Origin: an uncultured Bifidobacteriaceae bacterium | GTDB taxonomy: Bacteria > Bacteroidota > Bacteroidia > UKL13-3 | DNA length: 55,102 bases | Reading direction: 5' to 3' | Assembly: GCA_964429245.1 (NCBI GenBank) | Contig: CAYSBE010000002.1 | Coordinates: 1-55,102 of the forward strand | Part shown: positions 33,935-43,744 of the stretch, piece by piece | Layout of the letters: the number at the start of each line of letters is the position of its first letter | Position numbering within the stretch: position 1 is the stretch's first letter | Translations under genes and position numbers: made by a program | The notes under the pieces: generated by a model | What the model saw: only the letters and a program-made list of their open reading frames with translations | Told to the model about the DNA's origin: nothing | Databases searched by the model: none

Positions 33935-36793
33935 ATGGGCAAAAAAACAATTAAAAATATACAGGCAGAAGATGCATTTCTGGAAGTGCTTGGTGCACGT
34001 GAGCATAACCTGAAAAATATTGATGTTCGTATTCCCAGAAACAGCCTTGTAACCATCACCGGACTAAGTGGGAGTGGTAAATCTTCCCTTGCTTTTGACA
34101 CCATTTTTGCTGAAGGCCAACGTAGGTATATGGAAAGTTTTTCTGCCTATGCACGACAATTTATTGGCAATATGGAACGCCCTGACGTTGACAAAATAAA
34201 TGGGCTTTCACCTGTAATAGCAATCGAACAAAAAACGGTTAATAAAAATCCGCGGTCAACTGTTGGTACCATTACCGAAATATATGATTTCCTCCGTTTA
34301 TTATACGCAAGAGCAGCAAATGCATATAGCTATGAAACCGGTGAGCGCATGGTGAAAATGAGTGAGGAGCAGATTATTGCTGCCATCATTCAACAATACG
34401 AAAACAAAAAAATAGCCGTCTTGGCACCTTTAATCAAAGGGCGTAAAGGACATTACAGGGAACTTTTTGAACAAGTTCGCAAACAAGGATATTCCAAAAT
34501 AAGGCTTGATGGCGAAATCAAGGACATCACACCAAAGATGCAGGCCGATCGCTACAAAATACACGATATTGAAGTGGTAATTGATAGGCTTGATGCAAAA
34601 AAAACTGAGCGATTCAGGTTGAGCGAAAGCATCAAAACTGCGTTGAAAATGGGTAAGGGTATATTGATGGTGGTGGATATGGACTCCAACAAGGCATTCC
34701 ATTTCAGTAAATTTTTGATGGACCCAAAAAGTGGAATCAGTTATGATGAGCCTCAACCCAATACCTTTTCATTCAACTCTCCCTATGGTGCCTGCCCTGC
34801 ATGTGACGGACTTGGGGTGAAAAGCGTAATTGAACAGCATAATATTATTCCTGACCCTAAACTTTCCATAAATAAAGGAGGCATAGCTCCGCTTGGCGAA
34901 CCACGCGATAATTGGACGTTTTTGCAACTGCGTGAAATTGCAAAAAAGCATAAATTTAGCTTTGCCGATGCAATTGAAAAAATAAAACCCGAAGCGATGA
35001 ATGTTATTTTATATGGAAGTGATGAGCCTATTGTGGTTCCATATACTTATAACAGTGGTTATTCGCAAAACTACAGTACAACCTGGGAGGGATTAATTCC
35101 ATTCATCACCCGACATTACCATGAAAAAAGCAGCGACTCAGTTGCGCGTTGGGCCGAAGAATTTATGACCGTAGACAAGTGTCCGGAATGTAATGGCGCT
35201 CGCCTCAAAAAAGAGGCGCAATACTACCGCATCGGTGATATGAACATCGCGCAACTTTCGGAAATGGAAATCAATGCTTTGGGAAAATGGTTTGAAAGTG
35301 TAGAACGTTTTCTTGACGATAAGCAACAAATTATTGCTGCCGAAATAGTAAAAGAAATTCGTAGCCGCATCAAGTTTTTAGTTGGTGTAGGCATCGATTA
35401 CCTTACCCTTAATTCACCTGCTAGAAGTTTGAGTGGTGGCGAAGCACAACGCATCCGACTTGCTACACAAATTGGTTCGCAACTTACCGGTGTATTGTAT
35501 ATTTTGGATGAGCCAAGCATTGGGTTGCATCAGCGCGACAACAACCGATTGATTGATTCGTTGAAAGAACTGCGCGATGTGGGCAACAGCGTTATTGTGG
35601 TAGAACATGATAAAGACATGATGGCTGAAAGTGATTTTATCATCGACCTTGGTCATGGTGCCGGAGTGCATGGCGGACATATCGCTGCGCAAGGGACGTT
35701 ATCCGACATCATGAAATCTAACTCGATAACGGCTCTTTACTTGAATGGAAAAAAGGAAATAGCCATACCTAAAAAAAGAAGAAAAGGCAATGGGAAAAAA
35801 CTTGTGCTAAAAGGTGCTACAGGAAATAACCTAAAAAATGTGAGTGCTGAGTTTCCTTTGGGTAAACTGATTTGCGTAACCGGTGTAAGTGGTAGCGGAA
35901 AATCAACACTAATCAATGAAACCCTCTACCCTATTTTGCGGCAACACTTTTATGGCTCGCACCAAAAGCCTTTGCCTTACAAAAAAATTGATGGCCTTGA
36001 GCATATAGATAAAGTTATTGATATCGACCAAAGCCCAATTGGCCGCACACCAAGAAGCAACCCGGCAACATATGTCGAGGTATTTAGTGATATCCGAAAC
36101 CTATATTGCAATTTGCCCGAAGCCAAAATAAGGGGCTACAAACCCGGCAGGTTTTCGTTTAACGTAAAAGGTGGCCGTTGCGAAACTTGCCAAGGTGCAG
36201 GTATGCGTACAATTGAGATGAATTTTTTGCCCGATGTGCATGTAAAATGTGAAACTTGCAATGGAAAAAGGTATAACCGAGAGACACTTGAAATTCGATT
36301 TAAAGGTAAAAGTATAAATGATGTGTTGGACATAAGCATAGAAGATGCTGTAAAGTTTTTTGAAAACACACCTCATATTCTTAGAAAAATTGAAACACTT
36401 CATGATGTTGGTTTGGGTTATATAACCTTGGGACAGCAAAGTACCACATTGAGTGGCGGTGAAGCACAACGCGTAAAACTGGCTACCGAACTAAGCAAAC
36501 GCGATACCGGAAACACTTTTTATATTTTAGACGAACCCACCACCGGACTTCATTTTGAAGATGTACGTGTGCTCTTGGATGTATTGCAAAAACTGGTAGA
36601 AAAAGGAAATACCGTTTTGGTAATTGAACATAACCTTGATGTGATAAAGGTTGCCGACTACATTATTGATTTAGGACCTGAAGGAGGAAAATATGGTGGT
36701 GAAATTTTGTGTGCCGGTACGCCTGAAGAAGTATGCAAAGAGAAAAAAAGCCACACAGCTTTATTTCTAAAAAAAGAACTAGGCCTTTTGTAA
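33935..36793 (+). CDS. uvrA: Excinuclease ABC subunit A
   Basis: 952 aa; two Walker A motifs (GLSGSGKSS and GVSGSGKST), Zn-finger motifs (CPACDG, CPECNG, CETCQG/CETCNG) and LSGGEAQR signature motifs. Confidence 0.97.
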   Translation: MGKKTIKNIQAEDAFLEVLGAREHNLKNIDVRIPRNSLVTITGLSGSGKSSLAFDTIFAEGQRRYMESFSAYARQFIGNMERPDVDKINGLSPVIAIEQKTVNKNPRSTVGTITEIYDFLRLLYARAANAYSYETGERMVKMSEEQIIAAIIQQYENKKIAVLAPLIKGRKGHYRELFEQVRKQGYSKIRLDGEIKDITPKMQADRYKIHDIEVVIDRLDAKKTERFRLSESIKTALKMGKGILMVVDMDSNKAFHFSKFLMDPKSGISYDEPQPNTFSFNSPYGACPACDGLGVKSVIEQHNIIPDPKLSINKGGIAPLGEPRDNWTFLQLREIAKKHKFSFADAIEKIKPEAMNVILYGSDEPIVVPYTYNSGYSQNYSTTWEGLIPFITRHYHEKSSDSVARWAEEFMTVDKCPECNGARLKKEAQYYRIGDMNIAQLSEMEINALGKWFESVERFLDDKQQIIAAEIVKEIRSRIKFLVGVGIDYLTLNSPARSLSGGEAQRIRLATQIGSQLTGVLYILDEPSIGLHQRDNNRLIDSLKELRDVGNSVIVVEHDKDMMAESDFIIDLGHGAGVHGGHIAAQGTLSDIMKSNSITALYLNGKKEIAIPKKRRKGNGKKLVLKGATGNNLKNVSAEFPLGKLICVTGVSGSGKSTLINETLYPILRQHFYGSHQKPLPYKKIDGLEHIDKVIDIDQSPIGRTPRSNPATYVEVFSDIRNLYCNLPEAKIRGYKPGRFSFNVKGGRCETCQGAGMRTIEMNFLPDVHVKCETCNGKRYNRETLEIRFKGKSINDVLDISIEDAVKFFENTPHILRKIETLHDVGLGYITLGQQSTTLSGGEAQRVKLATELSKRDTGNTFYILDEPTTGLHFEDVRVLLDVLQKLVEKGNTVLVIEHNLDVIKVADYIIDLGPEGGKYGGEILCAGTPEEVCKEKKSHTALFLKKELGLL

Positions 36794-36870
36794 TGAAACC
36801 TCATCTCTATGTTTCCGCAATTTGATAAATAAAAAATATAGCATCGAATTTGCAGTTAAATTAATACCGT

Positions 36871-37386
36871 ATGAAAAAATTTAGTACACGTTTGTTATTG
36901 GGAATACCAATATTATTTGGCTGCAATCAATCCGAAAGTCCACTGCCGGTTGTAAAAACTTTGGATGCCAATCGATACATGGGTACATGGTATGAAATAG
37001 CACGACTGCCCAATAGCTTTGAAGACGGCTTACATAATATTACCGCAACCTACAACTTGCGCGATGATGGAAAAATAACCGTTCTCAACAAAGGAATAAA
37101 TGCTGATGAAACAGCATCACAAGCAGAAGGGATAGCACATATGCCGGATATCAACGAACCTGCTAAACTTAAGGTAAGTTTTTTCAGGCCATTTTATGGA
37201 AAATACTGGATCATTGATTTGGATACGTCCTATCAATATGCTGTTGTAGGTCATCCCAATCGTAAATATTTGTGGATACTGGCGCGCACCCCGCAAATGG
37301 ATAAAGCTGTGTATGAAAAGCTGATTCAACAAGCCGACAAGTTGGGTTTTGATACCACAAAAATGGTAGTTGTAAACCACCGATAG
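36871..37386 (+). CDS. blc: Bacterial lipocalin (outer-membrane lipoprotein Blc)
   Basis: Lipobox ILFGC; YMGTWYEIARLPNSFE, KVSFFRPFYGKYWII and YLWILARTP closely parallel E. coli Blc motifs. Confidence 0.9.
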   Translation: MKKFSTRLLLGIPILFGCNQSESPLPVVKTLDANRYMGTWYEIARLPNSFEDGLHNITATYNLRDDGKITVLNKGINADETASQAEGIAHMPDINEPAKLKVSFFRPFYGKYWIIDLDTSYQYAVVGHPNRKYLWILARTPQMDKAVYEKLIQQADKLGFDTTKMVVVNHR

Positions 37387-37476
37387 TCAAAAGAATTGAA
37401 CACCTGGGGATATTTGTGCTTAACAAAAGCAATACAAAGCACTTATTTTCGTGCTAATTCTAAAACCAAAAATGTT

Positions 37477-38718
37477 ATGAAAAAAATAATTTACATCATT
37501 ATGCTCATGCCTGCTTTGCTGAGTGCTCAGAGCAGAACTAAAAGCAATCCATTCAGCACGCACAAAAAACAAACAAACGAAAATTTTTCTAAAAATCTCG
37601 ATCACAAACCATTGTCCATAACTACACAATATTGGGATGCCATGAGTTATGACTGGACTGATTTTGCAGATACCACCACCATTACATACAATAATGACGG
37701 CCTTCCGCAAACAAAGCATGAACTAAACGTTTCGGGAGTTGAGAATAAAACTACTTACGAATACAACTCAAACGGCAGGCTAACATCAGCCATTCAGCTT
37801 GTTAAATTAACCTCACAGTGGGACACAGCGTATATAGAGAACAATATCTATGATGATAAAGGCAATCAAACCTCTCATTCATATATAATGTTTAGTTCTG
37901 GGACACCAGTTTTTGAATATAAAAACCAATATGAAAACACATACAATACTGAAAATCAACTAACAGAAAGAATAGAAAAAATTTGGAATGAAGATTCAGC
38001 AGATTATGTGAATATGAACAAATGGATACTAACATACAATGCTAATGGAACACCTTCATCTGCTACAATTCAGGAATGGGATGGCTCTGCATTTGTAAAC
38101 TCATTCAGAGTAAACAATATCGTATGGCAAAGATGGACAGGTTCGATTGACGATATAGAAGATGAGTTTGGTTACGGTTCGTTGCTGAAAAGCAACGATG
38201 AGCAAACCTGGAATGGCACTGCATTTCAGCCAAGCGACCGCTTTTCAGCTACCTACGACAGCAAGGAAAACCTTTTGGAAGAAAAATCAGAAGAACTGGT
38301 TATTGCCAACTGGGAAATCAGCTTTGCCAATAATTATATAATTACCTACGATACGGATAGCAATATGCTTACCCGCATTTCAGAAGAGTGGAATTCCGAT
38401 TCTGCCGCGTATCTTTATTCAACCAAAGAAATTTTTGGCGAGCAAAACAATCCCGTTGGTCTGAAAAAGCAAATTTCAACCAGACTGCAAGCTTCTGTTT
38501 ATCCGAATCCTGCCACAGGTAGCCTGAATATTGATATTCCTTCAGCAACAAACGTTACTGTAATAATTACAAATATTCACGGACAGATAGTTTCGGAAAC
38601 AAAGATAAACAACGGACACAATCAGATTTCCATTGATGGCATGACATCCGGAATGTATTTCTATTCTATCGCTGATTCAAAAGGCAACACAGCACAAGGT
38701 AAGCTGTTGGTTCAATAA
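37477..38718 (+). CDS. Secreted T9SS cargo protein with degenerate YD/RHS-like repeats
   Basis: ATG 37477 gives MKKIIYIIMLMPALLSAQS. Repeats include TYNNDGLPQT, YEYNSNGRLTS, IYDDKGNQTS, TYNANGTPSS, TYDSKENLL and TYDTDSNMLT. C-terminus is VYPNPATGSLNIDI...GMYFYSI...KLLVQ. Confidence 0.75.
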   Translation: MKKIIYIIMLMPALLSAQSRTKSNPFSTHKKQTNENFSKNLDHKPLSITTQYWDAMSYDWTDFADTTTITYNNDGLPQTKHELNVSGVENKTTYEYNSNGRLTSAIQLVKLTSQWDTAYIENNIYDDKGNQTSHSYIMFSSGTPVFEYKNQYENTYNTENQLTERIEKIWNEDSADYVNMNKWILTYNANGTPSSATIQEWDGSAFVNSFRVNNIVWQRWTGSIDDIEDEFGYGSLLKSNDEQTWNGTAFQPSDRFSATYDSKENLLEEKSEELVIANWEISFANNYIITYDTDSNMLTRISEEWNSDSAAYLYSTKEIFGEQNNPVGLKKQISTRLQASVYPNPATGSLNIDIPSATNVTVIITNIHGQIVSETKINNGHNQISIDGMTSGMYFYSIADSKGNTAQGKLLVQ

Positions 38719-38745
38719 TATACAGGGATTTACACCCGGTTTCTA

Positions 38746-38779
38746 AGCCCCGCAAAACGTTGTTTTGCGGGGCTTTTTT
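38746..38779. terminator. Bidirectional intrinsic terminator between the convergent T9SS gene (+) and carB (-)
   Basis: agccccgcaaaac-gttg-ttttgcggggct followed by T6: a 12-13-bp GC-rich stem. Confidence 0.8.
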
Positions 38780-38805
38780 GTGAACGCTTAATTTCATTGT
38801 GATAT

Positions 38806-41625
38806 TTACCTACTCAAAAACATGCTCTTTTCTTTGCTGAGCTGGCGGAAGTGCGGGTCGTTCAAATCTTTGATGAAACGGATGGCCTCTCCGGTTGATT
38901 TCATCTCAGGACCCAATTCTTTGTTTACGCCCGGAAACTTTTCAAATGAAAACACAGGTTCTTTTATCGCGTACCCTTCCAGTTTGCGCTCAAATTTGAA
39001 GTCCTTCAACTTGGCCGCGCCCAACATAATTTTGGTAGCAATATTTACATACGGAATTTGGTATGCCTTGGCAATAAATGGCACGGTACGAGAAGCTCTT
39101 GGATTGGCTTCAATCACATATACTTTTTCATTTTTGATGGCAAACTGAATATTAAGCAATCCGCGGATATTCATTTTTTTGCCGAGTACAATGGCATATT
39201 CTTCCATTTGCTTTTGCACATTGGCACTAAGACTAAATGGAGGCAGTACTGCACTTGAGTCGCCTGAATGAATACCGGCCGGTTCAATATGTTCCATCAT
39301 ACCAATGATATGCACGTCTTCTCCATCACAAATCAAATCTATTTCGGCTTCTTCGGCACGGTCGAGGAAATGGTCAATGAGGCAGCGATTTCCGGGCAAA
39401 TCACCCAGCAATTCAATCACCGCTTTTTCCAAATCTTCATCATTGATTACAATTTTCATACCCTGACCACCCAACACATATGAAGGACGCACCAATACCG
39501 GATAGCCAACTTCTTTGGCCACTTTAATCGCTTCATCTGCATCTTCGGCAACACCATAATTTGGATAAGGAATATTTAGTTCTTTAAGCAAATCACTAAA
39601 CGTTCCTCGGTCTTCGCTCATGTCCATTTCAGGAAAACTGGTACCAATAATTTTGATACCACGCTCATGTAGTTTTCGGGCCAGTTTAAGAGCCGTTTGA
39701 CCGCCAAGTTGTACAATGACGCCTTCGGGTTTTTCAAGTTCTATAATCTCCCACAAATGTTCCCAAAATACCGGTTCGAAATACAACTTATCGGCCATAT
39801 CAAAATCGGTACTTACGGTTTCGGGATTGCAATTAATCATGATGGCTTCGTAACCACACTCTTTGGCAGCCAATAATCCATGCACACAACAGTAATCAAA
39901 CTCTATACCCTGCCCAATACGATTTGGACCTGAGCCCAACACAATAATTTTCTTTTTATCGCTCACCACACTTTCATTTTCTCCATCAAATGTGGAATAA
40001 AAATAATTAGTAGGCGAAGGAAACTCAGCCGCGCAGGTATCTACCATTTTGTAAACACGGTTGATATTCATTTGCTTTCTGAGGGCATACACTTCATCCT
40101 CTGTAATATCGGCACCCAATAGGTGGGCAATTTGCAAATCGCTATAACCTTTTTGTTTTAGTTCCACCATCAACTCGTGAGGCATATTGGCCAGGTTAAA
40201 CCTGCGCACATTGTTTTCGAGCAAAACCATGTCATTGATTTGTGTAAGGAACCAACGGTCGATGCGGGTAATTTTTTCTACAGAAGAAATTGGCATTCCC
40301 AATGACAGGGCATCTTTTATGGCAAACATCCGGTCCCAACTGGGCACTTTCAGTTTCTCAACAATATCTTCGAGGTTGCGGCTTTGATAACCATCTGAAC
40401 CTAGACCATTGCGTTTAATTTCTAATGATTGTGCTGCTTTCTGAAATGCTTCGATAAATGTGCGCCCAATACCCATTACTTCTCCCACTGCTTTCATCTG
40501 TAAGCCAAGTTGCTTATCAGCACCACGAAATTTGTCAAAATTCCAACGAGGTACTTTCACAATCACATAATCCAATGCAGGTTCAAAATAGGCCGAAGTG
40601 GTTTTGGTAACCGGATTTTTCAACTCATCAAGCGTATATCCGATCGCTAATTTGCTTGCAATTTTTGCAATTGGGTATCCGGTTGCTTTAGAAGCCAATG
40701 CGGATGAGCGCGACACGCGTGGGTTGATTTCAATGGCAATGATATCTTCGGTTTCGGGGTCAACTGCAAACTGCACATTGCAGCCACCGTGAAAGTTTCC
40801 GATACTGCGCATCATGTGAATGGCCAAGTCGCGCATATGTTGATAGCAAGAATCGCTGAGTGTCATGGCCGGAGCAACGGTAATTGAATCGCCTGTGTGT
40901 ATGCCCATCGGGTCAAAGTTTTCAATCACACAGATTACGGCAACGTTGTCTGCTTTATCTCGAAGCAATTCGAGTTCATATTCTTTCCAGCCAAACACGG
41001 CCTTTTCTACCAGCACTTCGTGTGTAGGAGAAGCTGCAAGGCCGCGTTGCAAAGCGCCATCTAGTTCTTCTTTTTTCCATACAAAACCTCCACCGCTACC
41101 GCCCAATGTGTAGCTGGGACGAATCACAATAGGTAAACCCAATTCTTGTGCTATTTCCTTCCCTTCCAAAAACGAGTTGGCGGTGCGACTTGGAGCTACA
41201 CCTACACCAATTTCAATCATTTTCTGGCGAAACTTTTCACGGTTTTCAACCGTATCAATAGCTGCTATATCTACACCAATCATGCGCACACCATATTTTG
41301 ACCAGATGCCTAGTTCATCACACTCAATACAAAGATTGAGGGCTGTTTGTCCGCCCATGGTGGGCAATACGGCATCAATTTGTCGTTCCTGCAAAATCTT
41401 TTCAATAGAGGCTGCTTCAAGCGGCCACAAATACACATGATCGGCCAGGCTGGGGTCGGTCATAATGGTGGCGGGATTGCTGTTGATAAGCGAAACCTCT
41501 ATTCCTTCTTCGCGCAAGGAGCGCACGGCTTGGCTGCCTGAATAGTCAAACTCGCAGGCTTGCCCAATGATGATGGGGCCACTACCAATAATAAGAACGG
41601 ATTTAATGCTTGGGTCTTTGGGCAT
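38806..41625 (-). CDS. carB: Carbamoyl-phosphate synthase large subunit (short form, no C-terminal MGS-like allosteric domain)
   Basis: 939 aa; two ATP-grasp halves each starting (V/I)LI(I/L)GSGP(I/N)(I/R)IGQ..EFDY(S/C). The protein ends about 25 aa after GPEMKSTGE. Confidence 0.96.
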   Translation of the reverse strand: MPKDPSIKSVLIIGSGPIIIGQACEFDYSGSQAVRSLREEGIEVSLINSNPATIMTDPSLADHVYLWPLEAASIEKILQERQIDAVLPTMGGQTALNLCIECDELGIWSKYGVRMIGVDIAAIDTVENREKFRQKMIEIGVGVAPSRTANSFLEGKEIAQELGLPIVIRPSYTLGGSGGGFVWKKEELDGALQRGLAASPTHEVLVEKAVFGWKEYELELLRDKADNVAVICVIENFDPMGIHTGDSITVAPAMTLSDSCYQHMRDLAIHMMRSIGNFHGGCNVQFAVDPETEDIIAIEINPRVSRSSALASKATGYPIAKIASKLAIGYTLDELKNPVTKTTSAYFEPALDYVIVKVPRWNFDKFRGADKQLGLQMKAVGEVMGIGRTFIEAFQKAAQSLEIKRNGLGSDGYQSRNLEDIVEKLKVPSWDRMFAIKDALSLGMPISSVEKITRIDRWFLTQINDMVLLENNVRRFNLANMPHELMVELKQKGYSDLQIAHLLGADITEDEVYALRKQMNINRVYKMVDTCAAEFPSPTNYFYSTFDGENESVVSDKKKIIVLGSGPNRIGQGIEFDYCCVHGLLAAKECGYEAIMINCNPETVSTDFDMADKLYFEPVFWEHLWEIIELEKPEGVIVQLGGQTALKLARKLHERGIKIIGTSFPEMDMSEDRGTFSDLLKELNIPYPNYGVAEDADEAIKVAKEVGYPVLVRPSYVLGGQGMKIVINDEDLEKAVIELLGDLPGNRCLIDHFLDRAEEAEIDLICDGEDVHIIGMMEHIEPAGIHSGDSSAVLPPFSLSANVQKQMEEYAIVLGKKMNIRGLLNIQFAIKNEKVYVIEANPRASRTVPFIAKAYQIPYVNIATKIMLGAAKLKDFKFERKLEGYAIKEPVFSFEKFPGVNKELGPEMKSTGEAIRFIKDLNDPHFRQLSKEKSMFLSR

Positions 41626-41699
41626 GGGTATAGCTGTTATGGGTAAAAATTGGGCAAATTTACACGAATTCGGCAGACTAGCTAAGGCTGTGAATAATT

Positions 41700-41810
41700 A
41701 ATGCAAACAAGGTGAGCTGGGCTTCAGCCCGCCTCAATTCATGAATCAGATTTTAAATTGGAAATTTGCATTGCATCGGGCTTGAGCCCGATGGGATAAA
41801 ATGCAAATGA
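41700..41810. other. Palindrome-rich segment in the carB / hydrolase divergent intergenic region
   Basis: GGGCTTCAGCCCG (41719-41731) and GGGCTTGAGCCCG (41778-41790). The second is nested within TTTGCAT (41765-41771) ... ATGCAAA (41801-41807). Another ATGCAAA lies at 41701-41707. Confidence 0.3.
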
Positions 41811-41887
41811 AAGCAGAACCGACTTTAGCCAAAAAACTTGGGATCATCTATCTTTCTTATCAAAATTAAATGGCTTAACTTTCTGCC

Positions 41888-42700
41888 GTGCAACAATGGC
41901 TGTTTACTTATAAGCATTCCCCCATTACGTATTACCGTTTTGGTAGTGGAAAAAACTATATGGTGGCGTTTCACGGATATGGTCAAACAGGTGCTGAATT
42001 TGCTTATTTTGAAGAAATACTTGGAAAACATTTTACGGTAATAGCCATTGATTTTTTCTGGCACGGAAAATCAGAGTGGCGTGAAGAAGCTGATTTTACC
42101 GAAACCGATATGCGCGACATTGTGATTGGTATTGCAAGACAGGAAAAGATAGTGGCACGTAAATTTACCATCTGTTCGTTCAGTATGGGGGCACGCATGG
42201 CAAGGGCGCTGGTGCGTACGTTTCCCGAACGTATTGAGCGCATTGTTTTTATTTCTCCGCCTACGTTCATCTTCAATCGCTTTCTAAATTTTACCACCGG
42301 TACATGGTTTGGGAGTAGCGCATTTCGCTATTTTGTAAACAACAACGAACATTTGCTGTGGTGGGTCAATTTCCTCCATAAATACAAAGTACTTAACCGC
42401 TCAGTGAAAATATTTTCTTCAAAATTTATTGGCAACAAAGCACGTCTTGAGAATGTATATAAAACCTGGTATGCACAACGCAGGCTTCGTACCAATTTTA
42501 ACACATTTGCAAAACTAGTAGATGCATATGGCATAGAAGTGGTGTTGATTGCGGGTAAAAATGACCATATCACGCCACCCCATCAAATGATACGGTACAT
42601 CAAAAAACTGAAAAAGCGCAGGCTGTTTGTGATTCCTAAAAAGCACGAATTGCAAACACCTGAAACCAAAATTATTTTCAGAAAACTATTCAAAGACTAA
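41888..42700 (+). CDS. Alpha/beta-fold hydrolase
   Basis: 270 aa, GTG start; VAFHGYGQTG oxyanion region and the SFSMGA nucleophile elbow. Confidence 0.78.
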   Translation: MQQWLFTYKHSPITYYRFGSGKNYMVAFHGYGQTGAEFAYFEEILGKHFTVIAIDFFWHGKSEWREEADFTETDMRDIVIGIARQEKIVARKFTICSFSMGARMARALVRTFPERIERIVFISPPTFIFNRFLNFTTGTWFGSSAFRYFVNNNEHLLWWVNFLHKYKVLNRSVKIFSSKFIGNKARLENVYKTWYAQRRLRTNFNTFAKLVDAYGIEVVLIAGKNDHITPPHQMIRYIKKLKKRRLFVIPKKHELQTPETKIIFRKLFKD

Positions 42701-43710
42701 ACAGCATTTGCCACAAGTTTGCCTGCAGAAAACTCGAGCATCATTTGCTCAATGATGTGTGCAGTATCATCGGGATAATGAATATCCGCAGGCTTGCCAA
42801 ATTCAATCCAGTTCTTAAGTTTTTCGATAAAATTCTCATCAATTTTTGAAACCACCGTTACTCCAATATCTTTCATGGATTGCGCATTGCACAATTGCTC
42901 GTATTGATTGTGCATGGGAATAGCCATTACTTTTTTCTTCAGGTATATGGCCTCTGCAGGACTTTCAAACCCTCCGGCTGTAAGCAGTCCATCGCTATTG
43001 GCTAGGCTTTGCGTAAAAGCTTCACTGTTTACGGGCGTAATATGAATATTGCCAACTGTTTTTTCTACTTTGGTATGTTTTGAAAATACCTGCCACTTGA
43101 TATCGGGTATATGCGAAAACTGACGAATCAATATCTCATCGCCATGTGCGGGTAAATACACGGTAATGTGACCAAGATTTTTGGAATCAAGTTTTCTCAC
43201 ATCTGCCCTGATAACGGGTGTTTGAATAAATGAATCGTAGGATTTGAAGTGAAATCCGATTTTCTTACTTGTTGGTGCATAATACTTAAATACCGATTCG
43301 GCAAAAGCATCAATTTTCTCAGGACGTGGTGTATGTTCTGATAAATATGCAGCCTGATGGCTGAGCGATATACTGGCTTTTCCTTTGATGCGGCAAGCCC
43401 AAGCCGTTACTGGTTCAAAATCATTGACAACGATATCATATTGATGTACAGGAAATGTGTAGATATCGGTGAAAAAATGAAATGGCCTGAATCGTTTCAC
43501 ACTATCAATGATATCAACACCCCCGTTTTTTCCGAACGTATATCCAATGCCTTTCTTTTTGTATTTTATCAGATACGGCAATTGCACTTCTGCTTGGTGT
43601 CCGCTAACCAACACGTCTACTTCTCCATAATTTAGTAAGTGAGGTAATACTTCGCGAGCCCTACTGATATGTCCGTTGCCTGTTCCCTGAACAGCAAATA
43701 AAATTTTCAT
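42697..43710 (-). CDS. GT-B glycosyltransferase of the MJ1255/TIGR00661-like family
   Basis: 337 aa; the N-terminal MKILFAVQGTGNGHISRA motif and a C-terminal GGFESPAEA sugar-nucleotide binding region. Confidence 0.75.
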   Translation of the reverse strand: MKILFAVQGTGNGHISRAREVLPHLLNYGEVDVLVSGHQAEVQLPYLIKYKKKGIGYTFGKNGGVDIIDSVKRFRPFHFFTDIYTFPVHQYDIVVNDFEPVTAWACRIKGKASISLSHQAAYLSEHTPRPEKIDAFAESVFKYYAPTSKKIGFHFKSYDSFIQTPVIRADVRKLDSKNLGHITVYLPAHGDEILIRQFSHIPDIKWQVFSKHTKVEKTVGNIHITPVNSEAFTQSLANSDGLLTAGGFESPAEAIYLKKKVMAIPMHNQYEQLCNAQSMKDIGVTVVSKIDENFIEKLKNWIEFGKPADIHYPDDTAHIIEQMMLEFSAGKLVANAV

Positions 43711-43744
43711 GCGTTAATTGATTTTTTGAATGTTGGGTGATGAA

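Noticed and set aside
33810-34104. 67-aa plus-strand and 61-aa minus-strand ORFs at the uvrA 5' end
   Set aside because: They overlap the uvrA start region, are short and have no features. The uvrA N-terminus (EHNLKNIDV...GLSGSGKSS) is canonical from ATG 33935.
37419-37455. GTGCTT / AAGCAC / GTGCT alternative-pairing segments upstream of the YD-like T9SS gene (attenuator-like)
   Set aside because: The stems are only 5-6 bp with no U-tract or leader peptide, which is within chance expectation for a 90-nt AT-rich spacer.
41825-42064. 79-aa minus-strand and 67-aa plus-strand ORFs at the carB/hydrolase intergenic boundary
   Set aside because: They overlap the alpha/beta hydrolase 5' end, which has its own family motifs, and show no coding features.
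42697-43710. Idea that the glycosyltransferase is a carotenoid glycosyltransferase (CrtX/CruG-like)
   Set aside because: Its N-terminal GTGNGHISRA motif is that of the MJ1255/TIGR00661-type family, not the CrtX or CruG type. It is paired with an LpxH-like gene and separated from the crt operon by another gene. It is kept only as a weak possibility.
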